The notes below the pieces were generated by a model. It was not told the DNA's origin, made no database searches, and saw only the letters and a program-made list of their open reading frames with translations. The position numbers were made by a program, and so were the translations under genes. Source: Octopus sinensis (lineage: Eukaryota). From it: DNA of 35,092 nucleotides. Location: the NCBI RefSeq assembly GCF_006345805.1, contig NW_021833367.1, positions 1 through 35,092 on the forward strand, written 5' to 3'. Positions 12,612 to 22,559 of the stretch are shown here, one piece after another. Every line of letters begins with the position of its first letter. Within the stretch, counting starts at the first letter, position 1.

Positions 12612-13487
12612 GGAGGCGCAATGGTCCAGTGGTCGTAGGATCGCGGTTTCGATTCCCAGACCGGGCGTTGTGAGTGTTTATTGAGCGAAAACACCTAAAG
12701 CTCCACGACGCTCTGGCAGGGGATGGTGGTGATCCCTGTGTACTCTTTCACCACAACTTTCTCTCACTCTTACTTCCTGTTTCTGTTGTAGCTGTATTTC
12801 AAAGGGCCGCCCTTGTCACTCTCTGTGTCACGCTGAATATCCCCGAGAACTACGTTAAGGGTACACGTGTCTGTGGAGTGCTCAGCCACTTACACGTTAA
12901 TTCCACGAGCAGGCTGTTCCGTTGATCGTATCAGCTGGGACCCTCATCGTCGTAACCGACGGAGTGCTCCTGCAGGGGGTGGTGGTGATCCCTGCTGTAC
13001 TCTTTCACCATAACTTTCTCTCACTCTTACTTCCTGTTTCTGTTGTACCTGTATTTCAAAGGGCCGGCCTTGTCACTCTCTGTGTCACGCTGAATATCCC
13101 CGAGAACTACGTTAAGGGTACACGTGTCTTTGGGGTGCTCAGCCACTTACACGTTAATTCCACGAGTAGGCTGTTCCGTTGATTCGGATCAACTGGAACC
13201 CTCATCGTCGTAACCGACGGAGTGCTCCGGCAGGGGATGGTGGTGATCCCTGCTGTACTCTTTCACCACAACTTTCTCTCACTCTTACTTCCAGTTTCTG
13301 TTGTACCTGTATTTCAAAGGGCCGGCCTTGTCACTCTCTGTGTCACGCTGAATATCCCCGAGAACTACGTTAAGGGTACACGAGTCTGTGGAGTACTCAG
13401 TCACTTACACGTTAATTTCACGAGCAGGCTGTTCCGTTGATTCGGATGAACCGGAACCCTCGTCGTCGTAACCGACGGAGTGCTTCC
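12612..13487 (+). mobile_element. SINE family C: tRNA head plus three tandem ~257-bp bodies
   Basis: Head ggaggcgcaatggtccagtgg...ggtttcgattccc; body units begin at about 12716, 12972 and 13230. Confidence 0.9.
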
Positions 13488-13812
13488 ATTATATTATGAA
13501 CACGCGCTCACACACACACACACACACACAGTTGATACTTATTTTGCCTGACCTCTCGAAGCCTGCACATGCGGACTGTCCGATATTGTGCAGGGTGAAA
13601 TGCACCGCGTATTACTGGTATTCACGATTTAACATTCCTTAACGTACGTAACCGAAACAACGTCTCGTGGGAACGGTACTAAATGTTGTCTTTTAATATT
13701 TTCTGAGGTATATGTTACTCTTATTTCTAGCTGATCAGGGATCACATCCTTCCCCCGGTTGCAAACCAATATCTAACTGAAAAAAAAAGGGGGGGTGGGT
13801 ATAAATGGCACG

Positions 13813-14300
13813 TGCTGGCAGAATCGTTAGCACACCGGACAAAATGTTTAGCGGCATTTCGTCCGTCCTTCCTTTCGTTCTGCGTTCAAATTCCGCCCAC
13901 GTCGACTCTGCCTTTCAGCCTTTTAGGGCCGCTAAAATAAATACCAATTGAACAACTGGAATCGATGAAATCGAATTACCCTTAACCCTTAACCCTAAAC
14001 CCTTACCCTAAACCCTAACCCTAAACCCTAACCCCTATCCCTAACTCTAACATTAACCTTAACTCTTAACCCTAAACCCTATCGCTAACCCTAACTCTAA
14101 CCCTTAACTCTAACCCTAACTCTTAACCCTTAACCTTAACCCTTAACCTTAACCCTATCGCTAACCCTAACTCTAACCCTAACCCCTATCCCTAACTCAA
14201 ACCCTAACCCTAACCCTTAACCCTAACCCCTATCCCTAACCCTTAACTCTAAACCCTATCCCACCCCGAAATTCTTGGCCTTGTGCCCAAATTTGGAAAT
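13813..14300 (+). mobile_element. SINE family E copy interrupted by a telomere-like array
   Basis: gctggcagaatcgttagc...gttcaaattccg...gcctttcagcc...aaaataaatacc. Resumes after the array with gaaattcttggccttgtgcccaaattt. Homologous to 14345-14510 and 16735-16960. Confidence 0.75.
13979..14262. repeat. Interstitial degenerate telomere-like (CCCTAA)n array
   Basis: CCCTAA with CCTTAA, CTCTAA and CCCTAT variants; TTAGGG on the minus strand. Confidence 0.9.
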
Positions 14301-14344
14301 AGCATTTTCTGAGGGAGTTTAGGGTCATTTCATAGGTCTTTTCG

Positions 14345-14510
14345 TTCACAGTTCAAATTCCGAGAAGTTTCGACTTTGCCTTTCATCCCTCTCAGGGTTT
14401 TGAATAAAATAAGTAGCAGTTTAGCACTGGGCTCGATGTAATAATCGACTTACCCACTCCCCTGAAATTACTGGTCTGGCACCAAATTTTGAAACCCATA
14501 TTTTCTGAGG
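14345..14510 (+). mobile_element. Diverged SINE family E copy
   Basis: gttcaaattcc...cgactttgcctttcatccc...aaaataagtagcag...ctcgatgtaat. Confidence 0.7.
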
Positions 14511-14519
14511 CATATGCAG

Positions 14520-15276
14520 AGACTGGCAACTGAAACTGGCTGTGGACAAGTGTACCACCATGCATTTTGGGAGAAAAAACCCTGCGTCCACATACTCCCT
14601 CCACAACACTGATATCAAGAAATCCTCTTGCGAGCGTGACCCAGGCATCACTGTCAGCAGTGAAACTGGCTGTGGACAAGTGTACCACCATGCATTTTGG
14701 GAGAAAAAACCCTGCGTCCACATACTCCCTCCACAACACTGATATCAAGAAATCCTCTTGCGAGCGTGACCTAGGCATCACTGTCTGCAGTGAAACTGGC
14801 TGTGGACAAGTGTACCACCATGCATTTTGGGAGAAAAAACCCTGCGTCCACATACTCCCTCCACAACACTGATATCAAGAAATCCTCTTCCGAGCGTGAC
14901 CTAGGCATCACTGTCAGCAGTGAAACTGGCTGTGGACAAGTGTACCACCATGCATTTTGGGAGAAAAAACCCTGCGTCCACATACTCCCTCCACAACACT
15001 GATATCAAGAAATCCTCTTGCGAGCGTGACCTAGGCATCACTGTCTGCAGTGAAACTGGCTGTGGACAAGTGTACCACCATGCATTTTGGGAGAAAAAAC
15101 CCTGCGTCCACATACTCCCTCCACAACACTGATATCAAGAAATCCTCTTGCGAGCGTGACCTAGGCATCACTGTCAGCAGTGAAACTGGCTGTGGACAAG
15201 TGTACCACCATGCATTTTGGGAGAAAAAACCCTGCGTCCACATACTCCCTCCACAACACTGATATCAAGAAATCCT
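14520..15276 (+). repeat. 130-bp tandem repeat (about 5.7 copies) derived from CR1-group RT coding sequence
   Basis: Units start at 14531, 14661, 14791, 14921, 15051 and 15181. They translate to (DWQ)LKLAVDKCTTMHFGRKNPASTYSLHNTDIKKSSCERDLGITVSS, the KC..MH.G....EKDLG segment of CR1 RTs. Confidence 0.92.
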
Positions 15277-15502
15277 GTCGTATATATGTATATATATATA
15301 TATATATGTGTGTGTTTGTCCCCCTAGCATTGCTTGACAACCGATGCTGGTGTGTTTACGTCTCCGTCACCTAGCGGTTTGGCAAAAAGAGACCGATAGA
15401 ATAAGTACTGGGCTTACAAAGAATAAGTCCCGGGGTCGATTTGCTCGACTAAAGGCGGTGCTCCAGCATGGCCGCAGTCAAATGACTGAAACAAGTGAAA
15501 GA
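15272..15502 (+). mobile_element. 3' half of SINE family A fused to the end of the 130-bp array
   Basis: cctgtcgtatat...tgtccccctagcattgcttgac...gactgaaacaag. Confidence 0.85.
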
Positions 15503-15699
15503 GAATACATTTTTGGAGTAAATATTCAAAAACCAAAGTTTGCCATGCACTCTAGGAGTTTATCAAACAAACTGCAATTTTCCTATCTCCTCATGACATA
15601 CTCGCAGAGATCAACCACAGAATGGTGCGGTCCTAGAGCATTTTTTGGGTTAATAAGCTTAATACTGTGGTTCACCATTTTCTTGGATTTCAAGCGTAT

Positions 15700-15870
15700 C
15701 ATCATCATCATCATCGTTTAACGTCCGTTTCCCGTGCTAGCATGGGTTGGATGGTTCGACCGGGGATCTGGGAAGCCAGAAGGCTGCACCAGGCTCCAGT
15801 CTTATCTGGCAATGTTTCTACAGCTGCATGCCCTTCCTAACGCCAACCACTCCGAGAGTGTAGTGGGTGC

Positions 15871-15911
<41 letters not shown>

Positions 15912-16366
15912 TCCATTAACGTCCGTTTCCCATGCTAGCATGGGTTGGACGGTTCGACCGGGGATCTGGGAAGCCAGAAGGCTGCACCAGGCTCCAGTCT
16001 GATCTGGCAGTGTTTCTACGGCTGGATGCTCTTCCTAACGCCAACCACTCCGTGAGTGTAGTGGGTGTATTTTACGTGCCACCTGCACAGGTGCCAGGCG
16101 AGGCTGGCAACAGCCACGGTCGGATTGGTGTATTTTATGTGCCACTGGCACGGAAGCCAGTCGAGGCGGCACTGGCATCGGTCACGAGTCGGATAGTGCT
16201 TTTTACGTACCACCAGACCAGGGATCCTGGCTGGTTCAATTCGATTTCGCCTTCGCTTGCCCCAACATGTCTTCGCAAGCAAAGGGGGGTTGGCATGGGT
16301 GCCTGTCGTACGGTCGGATTGGTGTATTTACGTGCCACCGGCACAGAAGCCAGTGGAGGCGGCTAA
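15700..16366 (-). mobile_element. SINE family F with an RTE-type (GAT)n tail: one longer copy (16366-15908) plus a truncated tandem copy (15870-15700)
   Basis: Minus-strand end aaacggacgttaaacgatgatgatg; motif ggcgttaggaagggcatccagc; internal ggtggcacgtaaaa subrepeats. Confidence 0.75.
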
Positions 16367-16734
16367 TTCATAGCAAAAAGGAATTTTATTTTCATAATTA
16401 GAATATAAAACTTACATCACTAAACCAATTCTGAAAACAATTTGAACAAAATTTGGAGACCTGAAAAGTGTGAGTGAAGCAGAAAAGATCGACTATGGAT
16501 GGCCAATTTACTCTTATGCTTGGGAGAACCCAACCAAGATCTTTTTGGACCACAGCTGGGAACCACTGGTATGTAGCATATGTTAAGTAAGAGTTTGGTA
16601 GCTGTCTGAGATCTTGTAAAGTTATGGTGTCAAATGGTGAATGTTACAATGCATGTTCTTTGCAGGTTGCAAAGGGAAGCAAAATTAAAGGAACAGAAAA
16701 AAAGTGAGCCAAATATTAAATATCCTATATCTAT

Positions 16735-16960
16735 TTCTTTTCTACCCACAAGGGGCTAAACATAGAAGGGACAAACAAGGACAGACAAACGGATTAAGTC
16801 GATTATATCGACCCCAGTGCGAAACTGGTACTTTATTTATCGACCCCGAAAGGATGAAAGGCAAAGTCGACCTCGGCGGAATTTGAACTCAGAACGTAAC
16901 GGCAGACGAAATACGGCTACGCATTTCGCCCGGCGCGCTAACGTTTCTGCCAGCTCGCCA
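16735..16960 (-). mobile_element. SINE family E, well preserved
   Basis: Minus strand gagctggcagaaacgttagc...gagttcaaattcc (B box), gcctttcatcctttcggggtcgataaataaagtacc. Confidence 0.85.
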
Positions 16961-17025
16961 CCCTATTATTTCATCAGATCCTATATATTTTATCAGTGTG
17001 AAGCAGGAAATGATCAAAAACTTAC

Positions 17026-17205
17026 CCTGGTCTGCGCCATGTAAATCCTCGAAGAAAAATTCGGTTGATATTATCTGCGTCTGTAGTATTTAAGCAATAA
17101 GTTTGTAAAAAGAAATTCCAGATTCCTCCACACTTGAGAAATATTCGATCAATCCCACGATGTTAAGTTAAAATCCAATTGAATACTGTATTTGTGTAGC
17201 AGCTT
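17026..17205 (-). other. Candidate 180-nt exon of an unidentified transcript
   Basis: Acceptor ctttttttctttttcactctacag and donor AGG|gtaagt. The best frame has one TAA. No homology recognised. Confidence 0.3.
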
Positions 17206-17274
17206 CTGTAGAGTGAAAAAGAAAAAAAGTGTGAGATAAATATAACACCGAGTAATAATATTTTCTTTATTATA

Positions 17275-18315
17275 TAAGCTACTGGGAAAGACTCAAGAGA
17301 TTAAAACTATATTCCTTTGAGCGTAGGCGAGAAAGATATGCCATAATATACATCTGGAAGATCCTGGAGGGACTTGTCCCAAACTTTGGCATCGAGAGTT
17401 ACACAAATGCCAGAACTGGGTGCCACTGCATGGTGCCAAGGACTCCAAATTTGCCATCAAGATGTAGGACAAGATACCGTGATAGCCTGGGCTTCCGAGG
17501 CCCACAGTTCTTCAATATCCTCCCGAAGAACCTAAGAGACCTGCATGGGGTGGATGCAGATGTCTATCTATCTATCTATCTATCAATCTATCTATATAGA
17601 GAAAGATATGCCATAATATTCATCTGGAAGTTCCTGGAGGGACTTGTCCCAAACTTTGGCATCGAGAGTTACACAAATGCCAGAACTGGGTGCCACTGCA
17701 TGGTGCCAAGGACTCCAAATTTGCCATCAAGATGTAGGACAAGATACTGTGATAGCCTGGGCTTCCGAGGCCCACAGTTCTTCAATATCCTCCCGAAGAA
17801 CCTAAGAGACCTGCATGGGGTGGATGCAGATGTCTATCTATCTATCTATCAATCTATCTATATAGAGAAAGATATGCCATAATATTCATCTGGAAGATCC
17901 TGGAGGGACTTGTCCCAAACTTTGGCATCGAGAGTTACACAAATGCCAGAACTGGGTGCCACTGCATGGTGCCAAGGACTCCAAATTTGCCATCAAGATG
18001 TAGGACAAGATACTGTGATAGCCTGGGCTTCCGAGGCCCACAGCTCTTCAATATCCTCCCGAAGAACCTAAGAGACCTGCATGAGGTGGATGCAGATGTC
18101 TTTAAAATGAAACTGGATCTCTTCCTGTCAGGTATCTCAGATGAACCAACTTCACGGCAGGAGGTGCAGATGAGGGCAGCTGCATCGAACTCTCTCATGC
18201 ACCAAATGGCAGTTGCTAAAAGGCATTCGTGAAGTAAAACCATGTAGCAACACCAAATGGTGGTGCCCCAGCATGGCCACAGCTCGTAAGCTGAAACTAG
18301 ATAAAATAAAATAAA
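17275..18315 (+). mobile_element. 3' end of a CR1-group LINE with a triplicated ~266-270-bp RT C-terminal segment, 3' UTR and (ATAAA)n tail
   Basis: YWERLKRLKLYSFERRRERYAIIYIWKILEGLVPN...GPQLFNILP...FKMKLDLFLSGISDEP. Units at 17331, 17601 and 17867 are joined by (TCTA)n; stop at 18230-18232. Confidence 0.88.
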
Positions 18316-18374
18316 ATTAAAAAAATATATTTCAGAATCGAAATCGATCAATGGAAATTGCAGCCGATTTACCA

Positions 18375-19411
18375 GTGCCGGTGGCACGTAAGAGAACCAT
18401 CCGAATGTGGGCGTTGCCAGCGCCGCCTAGACTGGCCTCGAGCCGGTGGCACGTAAAAAGCACCATCCGTTCGTGGCCGTTGCCAGCCTCGCCTGGCCCC
18501 CGTACCGGTGGCACGTAAAAAAAGCACCATCCATTCGTGGCCGTTTGCAAGACTTGTCTGGCACCACCATCCGTTTGTGGCCGCTGCTAGCGCCGCCCCG
18601 ACTGGCCTCGTGCTGGTGGCATGTAAAAAGATCCATCCGTTCGTGGCCGTTGCCAGCCTCGCCTGGCTCCCGTACCGGTGGCACGTAAAAAGCACCATCC
18701 GTCGGTGGCCGTTTGCCAGCTCCATCTGGCACCTGTGCGGGTGGCACGTAAAAAGCACCCACTACACTCACGGAGTGGTTGGCGTTAGGAAGGGCATCCA
18801 GCTGTAGAAACATTGCCAGATCAGATTGGAGCCTGGCACAGCCTCCTGGCTTCCCAGATCCCCGGTCGAACCGTCCAACCCATGCTAGCATGGGGAACGG
18901 ACGTTAAACGATGATGATGATGATGATAATTACAATGATGGCCGAAGCCAGTCCGCCTCGACTGGCTTCCGTGCAGGTGGCACATAAAATACACCAATCC
19001 GACCGTGGCCGATGCCAGCCTCGCCTGGCACCTGAGCCGGTGGCACGTAAAAAGCACCCACTACACTCACGGAGTGGTTGGCGTTAGGAAGAGCATCCAG
19101 CCGTAGAAACACTGCCAGATCAGACTGGGCCTGATGCAGCCTTCTGGCTTCACAGACCCCAGTTGAACCGTCCAACCCATGCTAGCATGGAAAACGGACG
19201 TTAATCGATGATATGATGATATATATATATATATATATATATATGTAGCACCCACTACACTCTCGGAGTGGTTGGCGTTAGGAAGTGCATCCAGCTGTAG
19301 AAACACTGCCAGATCAGACTGGAGCCTGGTGCAGCCTTCTGGCTTCCCAGACCCTAGTTGAACCGTCCAACCCATGCTAGCATGGAAAACGGACTTTAAA
19401 CGATGATATGA

Positions 19412-19450
<39 letters not shown>

Positions 19451-19601
19451 GCACCCACTACACTCTCGGAGTGGTTGGCGTTAGGAAGGGCATCCAGTTG
19501 TAGAAACACTGCCAGATCAGACTGGGCCTGGTGCAGCCTTCTGGCTTCCCAGACCCTAGTTGAATCGTCCAACCCATGCTAGCATGGAAAGCGGACGCTA
19601 A

Positions 19602-19650
<49 letters not shown>
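18375..19650 (+). mobile_element. Cluster of four SINE family F copies (18375-18925, 18940-19220, 19246-19415, 19450-19650) with ~60-bp internal subrepeats
   Basis: Repeated gcacccactacactc...ccatgctagcatgg..aacggac..aaacgatgat ends; ggtggcacgtaaaaagcacc subrepeats. Confidence 0.8.
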
Positions 19651-19669
<19 letters not shown>

Positions 19670-19899
19670 CCAAAGAAGCTAAAACTCAAAGCAAAAAAAG
19701 GACGCAAAGAACAAGTGGAGATTAGCACAATATTTGTGTATGAAATGAAATAAAACAATAACAATTAACAAAAAAAATTTAACGATAAATCCTCAGGGAC
19801 ACAACCAAGGGACCCCTACATCTTTGGTCACCCTTTGCAGCAAAGGGCACCTCCCTCCTTCTCAATTCCTTTGGCTTACAAATATACAAGTCTATCTAT

Positions 19900-20510
19900 G
19901 ACTATGACCCCCTTCGGTCAGACACTGACCATGGGTTTGCACCTAGAGAGTACCCTCTGAGGCACAAAGGCAAGGTTGTTTTATGGAAGACCAGCAGTCG
20001 CCCATGCATACCGGCCTCCCCTCTCCATGTCACCGATGTTGTCCAAGGGAACGGCAAAGGGGCCGATACAGCTTGGCATCTGTGACGTCACAACTCATTT
20101 CTATAGCTGAGTGAACTGGAGCAATGTGAAATAAAGTGCTTTGCTCAAGAACACAACACGCAGCCCGGTCCAGGATTTGATCTCACAACTCACGATCGTA
20201 AGCTCGACGCTCTAACCATTGAGCCATGCGCCTTCACTTTTCTATAGCTGAGTGAACTGGAGCAATGTGAAATAAAGTGCTTTGCTCAAGAACACAACAC
20301 GCAGCCCGGTCCAGGATTTGATCTCACAACTCACGATCGTAAGCTCGACGCTCTAACCATTGAGCCATGCGCCTTCACTTTTCTATAGCTGAGTGAACTG
20401 GAGCAACGTGAAATAAAGTGCCTTGCTCAAGAACACAACACGCAGCCCGGTCCGGGATTTGAACTCACAACCTCAAAATCGTAAGCTCGACGCTCTAACC
20501 ACTGAGCCAC
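19900..20510 (-). mobile_element. SINE family D (B-related head) with three tandem 141-bp tRNA-head modules
   Basis: ctatagctgagtgaactggagc at 20101, 20242 and 20383. Minus strand tggctcaatggttagagc (A box), gagatcaaatcc/gagttcaaatcc (B box), tgtgttcttgagcaa. Confidence 0.85.
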
Positions 20511-20894
20511 GAAAAGGCTTATTAATAATAATAATAATAATAATCAGAGGAGGAGAGAGAAGAAGGAGAGGAGGAGGGGGAGAAGAAGAAGAAGAAGGTT
20601 GCTCACCAGGAGTGAAATTTTAAGGGGAGATGTTTGTCAATAAGAACAACTCCATGAGTTAAATGTTACATTATTTTAATGAGTACCAGAGAGGAGTGAA
20701 AGACAAAAGTTGACCACAGCAGGAGTTGAACTCTGAATGCAAAAGGACAGATCAAATATCGGTTTCAAATTTTGGAACAAAGCCTGCAGTTTCAGTAGGT
20801 GCTCGACTCAACTGCTTAGTTATTTTACCAATGCCTTAGTAGGATTTGAGGAGTAAAGACATACAAAATTATATACTAAGTATTTTGCTCAACA

Positions 20895-21805
20895 TCTTAG
20901 TTAGTTAGTTAGTTAATTAGTTAATTTTTTGGCTCAAAAGCAAAAAGCAAGGTATGTAGGGGGACATGGAGTTATGTACAGGGTGGTGTTCATGTAAAGA
21001 GTTCAGACCACTTGTGGTCAAGAGAGACTTTGAAATGAACGGTCATCGGCATCTTCACTATCTTGTCCGGCAGCTTATTCCACGGATCCGCAGCCCGGAC
21101 GGAGAAAGCTCCTCTCCTTCGATTGAGATGAAATCGTCACAGATAGAGCTTTTCAGAGTGACCCCGCAGCCGACGCTCTGGAGCAGGAGTGAAGAACAGC
21201 TTTCGAAAGGTTACACTTTCTACTTATGATGTTGTGAGCAAGAATGAGATCACCACGGCGTCGTCTAGGGGGACATGGAGAGTTAAGTACGGTGGGTTCG
21301 TGTAAAGAGTTCAGGCCACTTGAGGTCAAGGGAGGCTTTGAACAAAGCGGTCGTCGGCATCTTTACCATCTCATCTGGCAGCTTGTTCCACGGATCCACA
21401 ACCCGGACGGAGAGAAAGCCTCTCTCCTTCGATTGAGATGAATTGTCATAGATAGAGCTTTTCGAAGTGACCCCGCAGCCCACGCTCTGGAGCAGGAGTG
21501 AAGAACAGCTCTTTCGAGAGGTTACACTTTCCGCTTATGATGTTGTGAGCAAGAATGAGATCACAACGGCGTCGTCGTTTTTCTAGAGAATAAAGGTCGA
21601 GCGTCTTCAGCCTTTCTTCATAAGACAAATTTTTGAGACCAGGAACCATGCGGGTAGCCAGCTTCTGGACTCTTTCGAGATGCTGTATGTCTTTGAGGAG
21701 ATAAGGAGAAGAGGCTTGAATCCCGTACTCCAATATGGGTCTCACCAGCGTGACATAGAGCGGTAGGAATATGGCTGCTGTGAGCATTCCAAATGACTGT
21801 CGAAT
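20895..21805 (-). mobile_element. 5'-truncated CR1-group LINE with a duplicated ~310-bp 3' segment and (AACT)n tail
   Basis: LYVTLVRPILEYGIQASSPYLLKDIQHLERVQKLATRMVPGLKNLSYEERLKTLDLYSLEKRR; junction at about 21265; tail ttagttagttag on the plus strand. Confidence 0.9.
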
Positions 21806-21945
21806 CAAGAAATGGCTACGGGAGCAGTCCACTAGAATAAAATATTAATCAAAGAGGTTCATAGGCGATAGATCACATCTCAGATATGATTTATCCAAAT
21901 GGTGAAAGAACAGCTGGAAGCTGAGACAGAACAACACCCAGAGAT

Positions 21946-22117
21946 GCGCAGGAGTGGCTGTGTGGTAGGTAGCTTGCTTACGAACCACATGGTTCCAGGT
22001 TCAGTCTTACTGCGTGGCACCTTGGGCAAGTGTCTTCTACTATAGCCTTGGGCCAACCAAAGCCTTGTGAGTGGATTTGGTAGACGGAAACTGAAAGAAG
22101 CCTGTCGTATATATGTG

Positions 22118-22167
<50 letters not shown>

Positions 22168-22355
22168 CTGTGTTTGTCCCCCTAGCATTGCTGGGGTGTT
22201 TACGTTCCTGCCACTTAGCGGTTCAGCAAAAAGAGACCGCTAGAATAAGTACTGGGCTTACAAAGAATAAGTCCCGGGGTCGATTTGCTCGACTAAAGGC
22301 GGTGCTCCAGCATGGCCACAGTCAAATGACTGAAACAAGTAAAAGAGTAAAGAGT
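21946..22355 (+). mobile_element. Complete SINE family A
   Basis: Head, internal TA/TG linker and 3' tail all present. Confidence 0.9.
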
Positions 22356-22559
22356 ATATGTTTGACTTAGTGTGTGCATTTCTGCATTTGTGTATGTGCA
22401 CATGTGCATGTGTGCATCCATGTGTACATGTGTTTGTGTGCAAGTGTATGTGATCATATGCATATGTGGGGTGTGTGTGTGTGTTTGAGTGTGTGTGCGT
22501 GTGCTTGTGTTTCTCCGACTTGATATTACATGAGAGATGTAAACTGCTTGTCCACCTTA

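Noticed and set aside
14531-15276. 130-bp, 141-bp and 181-bp arrays as CRISPR arrays
   Set aside because: No unique spacers, eukaryotic context, and the units derive from LINE or SINE sequence.
16930-16985. Minus-strand CTGATGA...GAAACGTTA as a hammerhead
   Set aside because: The GAAAC belongs to the SINE E head, and stems I and II are absent.
21880-21945. Plausible-looking peptide QMVKEQLEAETEQHPE on the plus strand
   Set aside because: Short, preceded by an in-frame stop, has no donor site and runs into a SINE.
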